Assembly: GCA_964016885.1 (NCBI GenBank)
Contig: OZ024764.1
Location: 15,314,001 to 15,378,000 of the forward strand
Length of the DNA stretch: 64,000 bases
DNA from: Eledone cirrhosa
Taxonomy: Eukaryota
Reading direction: 5' to 3'
The notes below the pieces were generated by a model, which was given only the letters and a program-made list of their open reading frames with translations, did not search any database and was not told the DNA's origin. Numbering within the stretch: the stretch's first letter is position 1; the number at the start of each line of letters is the position of its first letter. A program made the position numbers and the translations under genes. Shown piece after piece: positions 1-13,655 of the stretch.

Positions 1-272
1 AGTGGATGGGTGGATGGTTATCAGGATGGTTAGACAGTTAGGGAGTGGATGGGTGGATGGTTATCAGGATGGTTAGACAGTTAGGGAGTGGATGGGTGGA
101 TGGTTATCAGGATGGTTAGACAGTTAGGGAGTGGATGGCTGGATGGTTATCAGGATGGTTAGACAGTTAGGGAGTGGATGGCTGGATGGTTATCAGGATG
201 GTTAGACAGTTAGGGAGTGGATGGGTGGATGGTTATCAGGATGGTTAGACAGTTAGGGAGTGGATGGCTTGG
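1..272. repeat. 43-bp minisatellite (agtggatgggtggatggttatcaggatggttagacagttaggg), about 6 copies, runs off the window edge
   Basis: Direct periodicity visible. Confidence 0.95.
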
Positions 273-466
273 AAGTTAGATAAGAGCTTGGATGGTTAGA
301 AAGTTAGGGGGGGGGTTAAATAGCATCACACCACTATAATCACCTCCTGTCACCAGCAGTCATCTGACCTAGATATTTGTTGAAGGCAGAGAGGGGGGGG
401 GGGCTTAAGTGGGATAATTCCTCCCTTAACCTATCTCTCCACTTCCTCCTATTTGTTTATATACAT

Positions 467-502
<36 letters not shown>

Positions 503-513
503 TATATATATAT

Positions 514-718
514 ATAGGAAAATGTTCAAGACCCCGACGGCAGAGATCAGGCCGTTTCGACAGCTATTTCTGGACTCCAGAAATAGCCGTCGTAAAGGCC
601 TGAGCTCTGCGGTCGGGGGGTCTTGAACATTTTCCTATTTCCCACTCTACTCCCCTAAGTATTGAGTACTCTGGTGCGTTATGGTCCACCTGGTTCCTTA
701 CCACACTTCCTTCGTTAT
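514..718. mobile_element. Palindromic Penelope-like terminal fragment, family A (other copies at about 4378-4470, 4670-4790, 43112-43305, 59175-59250)
   Basis: Inverted arms 514-638 of about 60 bp, a one-sided extension, and (TA)n flanks. The GAAACGG-containing sequence is shared by 5 loci. The class assignment is inference. Confidence 0.6.
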
Positions 719-724
719 ATATAT

Positions 725-1250
725 ATATAAAGTTGTATTCCTGTTTGTTTGTTTGTTGGTTTGTTTGTTCACAAACTCCTCCTATGGTTTTGGAGATAGA
801 CCCCCATAACCATATATATTCTGAAACTACATTGCCCAGGGTACTTGGATAAGTATATTTCATTTTAATCAAAGGGTTCCCCAGGGGCACAAACCCTCGC
901 TGAAAATTTTTTCAAATTTTAGCAAATTTCAATAATATTAAGACACCCTAATGGGGGTTTAACCCCCTATAGTGAAAATTTTGGAAGCCCAAATGAAATA
1001 ATGCTTTACACAAAAATGAAATTATCAAGTTTTGAATTGATATTTTTAAAAAAATTATTTACAAGAAACAAAATAAGAATAAGATTTAATGTAATTTTAA
1101 TTTGATATATTACAAAAAATAATGTTTTCCAATTTTTCATGCATTACATTTTACATTGAGTAATATTGAAATGCAGAGGTTTTCTCCATAAATTATATCA
1201 TTGATTTAAAATCAATCATTTTCTTACAAAAAAAAATGTGTGAAACAACC
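725..1250 (+). mobile_element. Probable non-autonomous Helitron-like element, 5' part
   Basis: Starts tatataaag followed by (GTTT)n and cacaaactcctcc, and shares a 'gggttcc...ccagggg' motif with 25240-25260. Based on resemblance only. Confidence 0.35.
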
Positions 1251-1334
1251 CATCACCCGGTCTGAGAATTGAACTCACAACCTTTCGATTGCAAAGCCAA
1301 TGCTCTAACCACTAAGCCATGTATAGTATATAAG

Positions 1335-1962
1335 ACAATGTCACTGGATCGAGATCTTTGGCGCCACGCAGTAATACAGAAGACCCGCCTTCCCTATGTG
1401 AAAAGTTAACCTACAGTCAGTAGGCCCCTCAAAACCAAACATACACCCCAACCCACTACCCCTACTCCATCCTTCCACTCCCACCAACACCACCCTTTCT
1501 CTGTAAAGTTATGTTGGTACCATAACATCCAGTCCACACTGTAAAGTGGTTGTGTAGGAGACATGATAAAAAGGCTCCCAGTCCACACTGTAATGTGGTT
1601 GTGTAGGAGACACGGTAAAAAGGCTCCCAGTCCACACTGTAAAGTGGTCATGTAGGAGACACGATAAAAAGGCTCCCAGTCCACACTGTACGGTGGTCAT
1701 GTAGGAGACAATAAAAAGGCTCCCAGTCCACACTGTACGGTGGTCATGTAGGAGACAATAAAAAGGCTCCCAGTCCACACTGTAAGGTGGTGTCATGTAA
1801 GGAGACACAATAAAAAGGCTCCCAGTCCACACTGTACGGTGGTCATGTAGGAGACAATAAAAAGGCTCCCAGTCCACACTGTAAGGTGGTGTCATGTAAG
1901 GAGACACGATAAAAAGGCTCCCAGTCCACACTGTAAGGTGGTCATGTAGGAGACACGGTAAA
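1335..1962. repeat. SINE body with an internal tandem array of about 48-52-bp units (1530-1960)
   Basis: Units ccagtccacactgtaa.gtggtcatgtaggagac. The flank matches the SINE copy at 19320-19770. Confidence 0.8.
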
Positions 1963-2309
1963 CGTGTTCCATCATCATCGTTTAACGTCTATCTTCCACC
2001 CTAGCATGGGTTAGACGGGAATTGTCCCACTTGAGGCAAGATTGATCGGGTGACCGTGTCTCGCTTATATAGGACTGTATTTGACAGGTTTTCTACAGCT
2101 GGATGCCCTTCCTAACACCAACCACTTTACAGTGTGGACTGGGAGCTTTTTGTTGTGACACCTACACAACCGCTGTAGTGTAGACTGGATATTCTGTGGT
2201 ACCCTATATATATATATATAAGTATTTAAGTTTCCATTGAAAATTGAAAAAGTCATAGGAGTGAAGAGTGCTCTATGTAAGTTACAGAGCTAAATTTAAT
2301 GTACAATTG

Positions 2310-2467
2310 TTTCTACTTTAGGCACAAGGCCAGCAATTACCCAGTGCATTACTGGTACTTTATTTTATCGACCCCCGTAAGGATGAAAGGCAAAGTCAAC
2401 CTCGGCGGGATTTGAACTCGGATCGAAAAGGGACGTAACTATGCTGGAAAGCATGGCGTCCGACACA
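2310..2467 (-). mobile_element. tRNA-headed SINE with a Nin/Deu-like central domain (fragments also at 5030-5120, 21795-21890, 58850-58910)
   Basis: Minus strand reads GAGTTCAAATCCCGCC (B-box-like) followed by gcctttcatcc...ggggtcgataaaataaagtaccag. Confidence 0.6.
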
Positions 2468-2514
2468 ATATATATATGTATATAAATGTGTGTGTGTGTA
2501 TATATATATATACA

Positions 2515-2555
<41 letters not shown>

Positions 2556-3022
2556 GTGTATACATCATGATAGAACCAGTTTTACACTAGTTAGACCACT
2601 GAGCTCTTGCCATTTCAACTAGTTCCAGCAAGAGTTCAGCCATCAGGCCCAGACTCTTTATAATATATATATACATATATATATTCACTTGATTTGTGGG
2701 GAGGTGGAGGGGGTTTGCTTCACACCCATACATATACACAAATAGATACACACACACACACACACACACACAAGTGTTCTGCCACTGTCATTAAAATAAC
2801 TTATGACTCATCCAAAATATAAACTGCTGAATGTGTGACAGTGTATGTGTGAGTGTGAGGAAGTGTGTGTGTGTCAGAAAGTGTGTGAAGGAGTGTGTGT
2901 GTCAGAAAGTGTGTGAGGGAGTGTGTGTGTGTGAGGTGGTAGGGGTGAGAGTGTGGGGGGTAAAGGGTGTGTGTGTGTGTGTGAGGAGGGTGGGTGTTTG
3001 ATAGTTAGTATGAGGGAGTGTT

Positions 3023-3086
<64 letters not shown>

Positions 3087-4467
3087 ATAGTTAGTATGAG
3101 AGTGTTTGCGTGTGAGTGTGTATGTGTGTGAGGGAAGGTGGTGTGAGAGTGTGTATGTGTGTGTGTGAGGGAAGGCGGTGTGAGAGTGTGTATGTGTGTG
3201 TGAGGGAAGGCGGTGTGAGAGTGTGTATGTGTGTGTGTGAGGGAAGGCGGTGTGAGAGTGCGTATGTGTGTGTGAGGGAAGGCGGTGTGTGTATGAGAGG
3301 GTGTGTGCAAGTGTGTGACAGAGTGTATGTGTGATTGTGTGTGGGTGTGTATGGGTTTATGTTTATATACACATAGACATGTCCCTCTATGAGTTTGTAT
3401 TTACACACACATACACACAATGAAAGGATTAAAGTCTTTATATTTATGTAAGAACCTTTGTTAAGTTATGTTCCAAACACCAACAGTGTCTTTCATTAGA
3501 AATATGGTAATGAAAGGGTTAAAGTCTTTATATTTATCTAAAAATCCTCCATCATAATTTTATGTAAGAACCTTTGTTAAGTTATGTTCCAAACAACAAC
3601 AGTGTCTTTCAGTAGAAATATGGTAATGAAAGGGTTAAAGGGTTTATATTTATATAAAAACCTTCCATCATAATTAACTGAAAACTCTAGGGGACATTGT
3701 CTTTCATTGGAAGTAGGAAACAATTAAAATTGGAATTATGTCCACAAACCTGGGCTCTGATGCCCACAAGACAGAGGAGAGTAAGATAGTCAAATCCCAG
3801 GGCCTGACTGCTTCCTATTTACACCAGTCTCCACCAACCCCTCTGCTGTCCTCACTACCCACACTGCTGATTCTCTCTGTAAAGTCGGAAAGACAGCACC
3901 CTGCTTGAGGAAGGAGCCCATAAGGTGAGGCTGGTCGTTTAGTCCGTAGGGAGGGGATGACGCAATGTTCAGGCTGAGGCGTAGTGTCTGTCTTTCCTCC
4001 ATCTTCCTTTCTTTCGTTGCTTCATTCTTTAAAATTTCATTTCCTTTTCTACTTCCTTTAACGCATTACTGTACAGTTCTGTACAAGCGAGACATGGTCT
4101 CCCGACCATTCCCACATCAAATGGAACAAAACCGTCTAACCCATGCTAGCGTGGAAGATGGACATTAAACGATGATGATGAGATTTTGATGTTATCTATT
4201 TTGAGAACAATACCTTAACATCAGTATGAGCGGCCAGTTATGGCCAGTTTGAACAGAAAGAGGTGAGAATTCTGGTAGGATACGGCAGGTTTAAATGCTA
4301 AAGGGTTAATAGTATGTTTGGTTTAAGGCGATTCTTTGCTTAAACTTTAATCTGTTATTTTAATATATATATATATTTATAGGAAAATGTTCAAGACCCC
4401 GACGGCAGAGTTCAAGCCGTTTCGACAGCTATTTCTGGACTCACAGTTCCTTACCACACTTCCTTCG

Positions 4468-4514
<47 letters not shown>

Positions 4515-5343
4515 CGTTAATCTAATATATCCGAATGATTCTCGACTTCAGAGTTAAGAATAATCTCTATATACACCTATAACAAATACAAGCATATATA
4601 CGCTGTACCGATTGTGTTGTCATTTCTGTTTACCTTTTACATACATACATATATATATATATACATATCGTATGACCCCGACGGCAGAGCTCAAGCCGTT
4701 TCGACGGCTATTTCCCTCTCTACTACCCTAAGTATTGAGTACTCTGGTGCGTTATGGTCCATCTGGTTCCTTACCACACTTCCTTCGTTATATATATTAA
4801 AATAACAAGGCCCTCTTTGGATTTTAATCTTCACATTTATTATTATTACTATATATATATATTATATATATATAAATATATATATATATATTATAACTTC
4901 AACTTCCATTTATATATATTATATATATTAGGGTGGGAAGTGCGTCGTAGTTTGGACCCAATGACAGTGGGAGTTCGGCTCCTCTGTGTTCGGTCCTGCT
5001 ATACATGTGTGTGTATGTTTACTTCTTTTCCTTCGATATTATCATTACGGGGTCGATAAAACAAAGTACCAGTAATACATTAGGGTAATTGCTGGCCTTG
5101 TGCCAAAAGTAGAAACAATTACATGTTCGGCTAATTGTGAATTTACTGTTACGCCTGTTCATATCACCTTCGCTCTATTTAATATAAAATCTGGAAAGGT
5201 GTAGGCGAAAAAATTATCAGCTCAAACATATTTCAATGAATATATTCATATATATACACACACACACGTGTCTCTCTCTCTCTCTGTATATATACATATT
5301 ATATTATAAGCCGGTAGACAAGTAGATCTGTACCCTATATACG

Positions 5344-5424
5344 CAAAGGGTGTCGCAAAGAAAATTATACACACTTCGACACCATTGTAATAAAAGTATG
5401 TATACATTTTCTGGGGACACCCTG
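5344..5424. mobile_element. Tiny Tc1/mariner-type MITE
   Basis: Imperfect TIRs agggtgtc..agaaaat.tataca / tgtatacattttct..gacaccctg in a TA context. Confidence 0.55.
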
Positions 5425-6571
5425 TATATATATACATATACACACACATATATATATACATATATATATATGCATATACATATATACATATATATATCTA
5501 CCTACATATATACATATATATATCTACATACATATATACATATACATATATATATCTACATACATATATATATATACATACATATATATATATATACATA
5601 TATAAAGTTTAAGCAAAGAATTTCTGCTTTCACCCTTTTACGAAATCCTCAGAAAATCACGTAAAGCTGTAATAATATTTGTTGTTGGGGTATATATATA
5701 TATATATATCCCGGGTTCAACCGGGTGTAACTACAGTAAGTAAGGTACTCAATACAAAACAGAGTATAAATATATAATATAGAAAGGCTTCTACAGGACT
5801 AGAACTGTTTCATTCGGGAGAAATCATCGGTTTTCAACTGCGTGTATACTTCCGCCGCTCAACATAGCGGTTCAAAACAAATTAGAAAGAGATCGATAAA
5901 AGTATATATTGATTGGGAGGACTCCAGCATGGACGCAGTCCAACGGCTGGAACCAGTGAAAGCGAGATAAAAAAAAAGGTTTATATCGATTAAATAATTT
6001 ATTGAACCTTGCTTATGTATGTATGTATGTATGTATGTATGTATATACATACATACGTATACACAAACACATATTTGTGTGTATGTATATATAAATATAT
6101 ATGTGTATGTGTGTATATATATATATATGTGTGTGTATATATTAAATATATATATATATATGTATATATTAAATACATACATACATCCATGTGTGTATAT
6201 ATAAATATATACATGTGTGTATAAAATGAATTAAACCGTTAAAAGATGAAAGGCGAAAGAAAGAAAGAATGGGTCTACCTTGAAGAAGCCAAAGAAATGC
6301 GACATTGCGAATGAGAGGTGTCATACGGCGTCAGATCGATCTGTGTAACAAGAATCAATCCATCGATAGATTAACTAAGTAAACCTTTCTTTGTTGCCGA
6401 CGAATTTCCGATCATTTTGTTTATTTTTTTTTGTTTTCGGATAAATTTTGTAACGTCATGCCAGGGGAGATAACCCAGCAGCCGGTTAAAGTGATTCCAC
6501 GACTTAACTCCCTTTGTAATACATTCTCACACACACATATATATTTTTACACATAAACATACATATGTATG

Positions 6572-6658
6572 TACTGGATCGTCAAGTATGAAATTTGTAG
6601 GAATTTGTAGAAAAAAAAAAAAAAGAATTTCTACAAATTTCATACTTGACGTCCCAAT
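6572..6658. mobile_element. Tiny TIR element (MITE)
   Basis: Inverted arms gtcaagtatgaaatttgtag / ctacaaatttcatacttgac with TA flanks. Confidence 0.55.
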
Positions 6659-6789
6659 ATATACATATATCAGTGTATACTGATTAATATTCAGAGCCAT
6701 CCTCAGCCTTCTCGGGAACTTTACCCACCCTAGACATATATAAATATAAATATACATAAACATATATTCACATGCACAAACACACACAT

Positions 6790-6985
6790 GATCCAGGGTC
6801 TTGATGGTTGTTATGTCGCTGACACCAGTTCGTTGTCAGATTCAAGTGTTTCTCTTCTTATCACGCAGCGTGGTACCCAACACAATGTGCTCCATCTTTC
6901 GCAGGGCGGCACTGAGTATGTTCTTCATGGTGTTATTCAGAACCCAGGTCTCACTTGCCATGCAGTATCACTGGCAAGGTGATTC
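6790..6985 (-). pseudogene. RTE-clade LINE ORF fragment (post-RT region)
   Basis: Hand translation ..ASETWVLNNTMKNILSAALRKMEHIVLGTTLRDKKRNT*I*QRTGVSDI.. resembles the RTE ETW..L..RD...N..IR motif, with stops. Confidence 0.7.
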
Positions 6986-7049
6986 TTCTCTTGATCTCTG
7001 GGAGGAGGTTCCCAGCCTTTGTCACCATCTTCCTTAAGTAAACATAGCT

Positions 7050-8372
7050 GTCTACTCCCTCAATCTTGCCATTCACTGAGACGTTTGTTGAACATTACCA
7101 TGTGTCTAACACACGTGGACATGCCAACAAAGTCAGAAAACAGCACAGCTCCCATAACTTTCGGAAACATTTTTTCACGTTCAGAGTTGCTGAAGCATGG
7201 AACAAACTACCTGCATCAGTTGTTAGCTGTTGAGACACTGCATCCTTTAAAACCTCCATGGAACAAACTACCTGCATCAGTTGTTAGCTGTCGAGACACT
7301 GCATCCTTTAAAACCTCCATGGAACAAACTACCTGCGTCAGTTGTTAGCTGTCGAGACACTGCATCCTTTAAAACCTCCATGGAACAAACTACCTGCATC
7401 AGTTGTTAGCTGTCGAGACACTGCATCCTTTAAAACCTCCATGGAACAAACTACCTGCATCAGTTGTTAGCTGTTGAGACACTGCATCCTTTAAAACTTC
7501 CATGGAACAAACTCCCTGCATCAGTTGTTAGCTGTCGAGACACTGCATCCTTTAAAACCTCCATGGAACAAACTATCTGCATCAGTTGTTAGCTGTTGAG
7601 ACACTGCATCCTTTAAAATCTCCATGGAACAAACTATCTGCATCAGTTGTTAGCTGTTGAGACACTGCATCCTTTAAAACCTCCATGGAACAAATTACCT
7701 GCATCAGTTGTGAGCTGTCGAGACACTGCATCCTTTAAAACCTCCATGGAACAAACTACCTGCATCAGTTGTTAGCTGTCGAGACACTGCATCCTATAAA
7801 ACCTCCATGGAACAAATTACCTGCATCAGTTGTTAGCCGTCGAGACACTGCATCCTTTAAAACCTCCATGGAACAAACTACCTGCATCAGTTGTTAGCTG
7901 TCGAGACACTGCATCCTATAAAACCTCCATGGAACAAATTACCTGCATCAGTTGTTAGCTGTCGAGACACTGCATCCTTTAAAACCTCCATGGAACAAAC
8001 TACCTGCATCAGTTGTTAGCTGTCGAGACACTGCATCCTTTAAAACCTCCATGGAACAAACTACCTGCATCAGTTTTTAGCTGTCGAGACACTGCATCCT
8101 TTAAAACTTCCATGGAACAAACTGCCTGCATCAGTTGTTAGCTGTCGAGACACTGCATCCTTTAAAACCTCCATGCTTCCTGAGATTCGCCAACACTACA
8201 CCTAATATTCCCTCTCCATATACACACACACACATGTATATCATGACTCATACACTATTCACTTCCTTGACATTTGTATATTATTCTATGTACTATACAT
8301 GCACTTTTGATGAGTTGTAGTGCATCTGAACACTGTACATAAAAATCTCATTACTATTATTTTTATTATTAT
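7050..8372 (+). mobile_element. CR1-like LINE 3' end carrying an internal 61-bp tandem array (7197-8175, about 16 copies) and an (ATT)n tail
   Basis: The unit encodes the CR1-type terminus W-N-K-L-P-A-S-V-V-S-C-R-D-T-A-S-F-K. The 3' UTR is shared with 11225-11380, 18355-18675, 24725-24962 and 52380-52470. Confidence 0.85.
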
Positions 8373-8384
8373 TACCTTGGTCTT

Positions 8385-8830
8385 TCCTAGGTCCATGTGC
8401 AGTTCAACTGGTTGATTTGTCGTGTGGATGTCTGTCACTTGGGTGAATGTGCTGTTAAAACAATGTCTTTTGAAAAGTCTAAATGGCCAAGAAGAAGACC
8501 AGAGAAAAATGGAGCGGGTGGACCAGTCATATGGATCCCAGAAAACCATGATGGAGTAAAGAAAATGATCGCATATGCGGTGTGGGCCAGTATAAAACTA
8601 ACCCTGAAGAACATATGTTCAAGTTTAATGGCAAAACATATGCCCAAGAAGAGGGGGCAGCCATTGGCATTAGTATAGCAGGTGACATAGCTAACCTCTT
8701 TATGGTAAGGTGGGACAGAAGACTTAAGGAATGCTTAAATGAGAATTTTATAACCCTGACGATGTACTCCTGCTACTTAGATTACATAAACATCTTAGTA
8801 AAAACATCCCCACAGGAGAAACCCTTTGTT
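8385..8830 (+). pseudogene. Penelope-like element reverse transcriptase fragment, frameshifted
   Basis: FKFNGKTYAQEEGAAIGISIAGDIANLFM..WD...MYSCYLDYI matches the PLE RT Q..G..MG/IG..A..FM motif and a decayed YxDD. Confidence 0.8.
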
Positions 8831-9251
8831 GTCAACAGAGGAAGCAGCTCCCTAAACTTCTGACATCTCAGCAGATATCATCATCATCATCATCGTTTAA
8901 CGTCCATTTTCCACGCTAGCATGGGTTAGATAGGTTGTCCCATTTGAGGCAAGTTGGGACAAGTGACCATGTCTTGCTCAGACAGGAACTGTTTCTGGCT
9001 AGGTTTCTACAGCTGGATGCCCTTCCTAACGTCAACCACATTTACAGTGAGTACTGGTTACGTTTTGTTATGTCACCTACACAACCAACTTACAGTGTGC
9101 GCCGGGTGCTTTTTGTCGTGTACATGTGTTTGTGTGTGCTTTTAATGTGTGTGTGTCTGCAATATGTATGTGTGTGTCTATAATGTGTGTGTGTGTGTAA
9201 CGTGTATGTATGTGTGTGAGAGAGAGGAACTATGTCTGTAACTTAGATTAA

Positions 9252-9830
9252 CCCTTTAATATTCAAACCGACCAAAACCGGCCAGAATTCTCTGCCTCTT
9301 TCTGTTGAAACTGGCTGCAACTAGTCACTCATACTGATGTTAAGCTATTGTTCTCAAAATAAATACTTTCAAAATCTCATAGATTTGATATTATGTGAGA
9401 TATTATGTGAGATAAAGCCTTTACTGTGACAATACAATAGTATATATAGAGTAATGTAAATGTTATGTGAGGTATTATGTGAGGTAAAGCCTTTACTGTG
9501 AAAATACAATAGTATATATAGAGTAATGTAAATGTTATGTGAGGTATTATGTGAGGTAAAGCCTTTACTGTGAAAATACAATAGTATATATAGAGTAATG
9601 TAAATGTTATGTGAGATATTATGTGAGGTAAAGCCTTTACTGTGAAAATACAATAGTATATATAGAGTAATGTAAATGCTATGTGAGATATTATGTGAGG
9701 TAAAGCCTTTACTGTGACAATACAATAGTATATATAGAGTAATGTAAATGTTATGTGAGATATTATGTGAGGTAAAGCCTTTACTGTGAAAATACAATAG
9801 TATATATAGAGTAATGTAAATGCTAAAGGG
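9252..9830. mobile_element. piggyBac-like MITE with an internal 72-bp tandem array (about 6 units)
   Basis: TTAA|CCCTTTA...TAAAGGG|TTAA termini and a 72-bp periodicity. Confidence 0.85.
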
Positions 9831-9924
9831 TTAAGATAAAAAGTTCAGTTGTCTCCCCTTTAAAGCAAATCTGAAGCCAACACACCTACGAACATAAATA
9901 GTTCTGACAACTACACTCATACAC

Positions 9925-11215
9925 ACATCATTTAATTTCCATTCTTCTACGCTAGCATGGGTTAGACAGATTGTCCCATTTGAAGTAAGTTGAGTCAGGT
10001 GATAGTGTCTTTCTCATACAGAACTGCTTCTGGCTAGATTTCTACAGCTGGATGCCCAACCTCATTTACAGTGTGGGCTGGCTACTTTTTGTCGTGACAC
10101 CTACATGACCACTTTACAGTGTGGGCTGGGTGTTTTTTGTTGTGACACCTACATGACCACTTTACAGTGTGGACTGGGTGCTTTTTGTTGTGACACCTAC
10201 ATGACCATTTTACAGTGTGGGCTGGCTACTTTTTGTTTTGACACCTACATGACCTAATACAGTGTGGACTGGGTGCTTTTTGTTGTGACACCTACATGAC
10301 CACTTTACAGTGTGGGCTGGGTATTTTTTGTCGTGACACCTACATGACCACTTTACAGTGTGGGCTGGCTACTTTTTGCCGTGACACCTACATGACCACT
10401 TTACAGTGTGGCCTGGGTGCTTTTTGTTGTGACACCTACATGACCACTTTACAGTGTGGCCTGGGTGCTTTTTGTTGTGACACCTATATGACCACTTTAC
10501 AGTGTGGACTGGGTGCTTTTTGTTGTGACACCTACATGACCACTTTACAGTGTGGGCTGGGTGCTTTTTGTTGTGACATCTATATGACCACTTTACAGTG
10601 AGGACTGGGTGTTTTTTGTTGTGACATCTACATGACCATTTTACAGTGTGGACTGGCTACTTTTTGCCGTGACACCTACATGACCACTTTACAGTGTGGC
10701 CTGGGTGCTTTTTGTTGTGACACCTACATGACCACTTTACAGTGAGGACTGGGTGTTTTTTTGTTGTGACACCTACATGACCACTTTACAGTGTGGCCTG
10801 GGTATTTTTTGTCGTGACACCTACATGACCACTTTACAGTGTGGCCTGGGTGCTTTTTGTTGTGACACCTACATGACCACTTTACAGTGAGGACTGGGTG
10901 TTTTTTTGTTGTGACACCTACATGACCACTTTACAGTGTGGACTGGGTGCTTTTTTGTTGTGACACCTACATGACCACTTTACAGTGTGAACTGGGTGTT
11001 TTTTGTTGTGACATCTACATGACCATTTTACAGTGTGGGCTGGGTATTTTTTGTGATACCGATATAACTTTACAGTGTAAAGGTGGTGTGCACAGAAGTG
11101 GGAGGGTGGTGTACATAACGGGGTATACTGGATTAAGTGGTTAAGAGGTGCCTACTGGATGTATGTTTGAGTCTGTGCACAATGGAAGGCGTATCTTATG
11201 TATTACTGCATAACA
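9925..11215 (-). repeat. SINE with an expanded 48-bp internal array (10067-11080, about 21 copies)
   Basis: Unit cagtgtggactgggtgctttttgttgtgacacctacatgaccacttta, embedded between SINE flanks. Confidence 0.9.
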
Positions 11216-11439
11216 ATATATAATATAATAATAATAAAATTATTGTGTACAGTGCTCAGGTGCACTACAACTCATCAAAGGTACATGTATAGTACATAGA
11301 ATAATGTACAAATGTCAGGAAAATGAACTGTGCATGAGTCATGATATACATGTGTGTGTATGGATGGGGATACACACACTGGATAGTGGAGGTAATTTTT
11401 TTTTTTGCTCACCCCTAATCAAGGTAATGAAAGCACTAA

Positions 11440-11988
11440 AATCCATATCTGGCCAGAATTCTCTACCTTTTTCTGTTCAAACGAGCTGTAACTGGCCACA
11501 CATACTGATGTTAAAGTATTGTTCTCAAAATATATATATCAAAATCTCATAGATTCAATATTATGTGAGGTAAAGCCTTTACTGTGACAATACAATAGTA
11601 TATATAGAGTAATGTAGATATTATGTGAGGTATTATGTGAGGTAAAGCCTTTACTGTGACAATACAATAGTATATATAGAGTAATGTAAATGTTATGTGA
11701 GATATTATGTGAGGTAAAACCTTTACTGTGAAAAAACTATAGTATATATAGAGTAATGTAAATGTTATGTGAGATATTATGTGAGGTAAAGCCTTTACTG
11801 TGACAATACAATAGTATATATAGAGTAATGTAAATGTTATGCGAGATATTATGTGAGGTAAAGCCTTTACTGTGAAAATACAATAGTATATATAGAGTAA
11901 TGTAAATGTTATGTGAGATATTATGTAAGGTAAAGCCTTTACTGTGACAATACAATAGTATATATAGAGTAATGTAAATGCTAAAGGG
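11440..11988. mobile_element. piggyBac-like MITE copy with a 72-bp array
   Basis: Same family as 9252-9830; right end TAAAGGG|TTAA. Confidence 0.8.
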
Positions 11989-12474
11989 TTAAAGAGTGTA
12001 ATTGAGGAAGATACAGAATTGTCCAGTGAAGTACTAAGGCAGATGATGTTGGATTGTGTGAGAAAGAGAAAGAGAATCACACAGACAGACAGACAGACAG
12101 ACAGACAGAGAAAGAGAGAGAAAGAAAAAAAATAGGTACATACCTTTTGTGGGACTGAGCCCTGCTTTGGAGGCATGGTAAAAAATGTTTCCTTCTCTTG
12201 TTGAAATGTTTGGTTTTATCCGTGTTATTATTAGTAATAGTGTTATTGGTTGTAGTCGTAGTATTAGTTGGAGTAGTACATGTAGAGAGGGATTAATTGC
12301 TTATGTAATTTTCCCTTTTTTTTTTCATGTACATACATACACTCTCTCTGTGTCAAACTTCCGATGAAGGACTGGCATCCAAAACATCAAAAGTACTTCC
12401 TAATTTCTTCCAAGCTTTATACTAATAATGTATTGTCTTTGTGGAAATTTTGTCATGTTTTTCACACACACACA

Positions 12475-12532
<58 letters not shown>

Positions 12533-13655
12533 ATGAAAATTGAAATGAAATGTAGAACTCACTTCTAAACAAGTCTGGCTGGCTTCCTATGAGATTGTAG
12601 TTCATAGGACGGGTCTTAGGTGTCTTAATGATAAGGGACCCTGTCCTATCATACTGTTGTTACAGCTCACACCTATGTAGTTTTAGCTCGCCCCTTTCGA
12701 GGACGGTGGCATCACAAAGGAGCTTTCCCAGGTGTATTAATGACGTGCAGGTGTGGCGATGCAGAGAACACAGGCTTAACAAAGCACCTTAGCTGCTCAC
12801 GAACACCATGTATTACAAGGTCGAGGAATCGACCCCCACGGCCTTATGATCAGGCGTCCTAAACGTCAGACCATGCACCCTCCACACACCAAAATGGCTG
12901 ACTCAATACACAAGTGCTCTTTTATTTCTCATTTTATCTTCTGATGAAGGACTTAGTGTCGGAAACATAAAGGCTCTTTTCCTACTATATCAAGCGTTAA
13001 ACTAATATATTTATTCATTGTATTGTGTTGTTTGTTTTGTTGTTTCCATATATATATGTATGTGTGTGTGTCTGTGTGTGTGTCTGTGTGTGTCTGTGTG
13101 TGTGATATGTGGAACTCTATATTGATGTGTGCGTCTATTTGTCAATGTGAGCTGCCGAAGTGTGGTGCCGTCCTCGTCGTCGTGGCAACACCAGCGACAC
13201 CCAGTCCATCATCTCTCTCTCTCTCTCCTTCCCTTCCCCCTGTTAGTGACAGACAATGGAGTACAGAGATGAGGGAGGGAAGGTTTACTGTGCAAGGAAG
13301 GGTTAAAGAGGGGACAAGTAAACCGCTACCTTAAAAGGATGATGGACAGCGAGAGAATCTTCGAGAATAACCATGTCTTGATGACATCTGGACTCTAGAT
13401 GACATCTGGAATTAGAAAAGATACAATCTTATAATATTATAAAGTAAGGAGTGCGGGACTGTGTCCAGAATATAATTTTTTACTCCGTTAGTAAAATAAG
13501 TTGGATTACTTTGAATAAATAATGAATGAATATTATATAATTTATCTACTAAATTTCGTTATTCTTGATTAAATATAAATAATTTTGTTGCTTATTTTAA
13601 GATTCACTTCTTTAAAATTTTCAAATGTCAACACTTCCGGTTAGCGATCGCTTAA

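Noticed and set aside
1250-1322. tRNA gene on the minus strand (also 23545-23620)
   Set aside because: A and B boxes are present but there is no convincing acceptor stem. It is the head of a SINE that continues into SINE body at 23282-23545.
3790-4002. 70-aa ORF in unique sequence
   Set aside because: No recognisable motif, an in-frame stop shortly upstream, and no convincing splice context.
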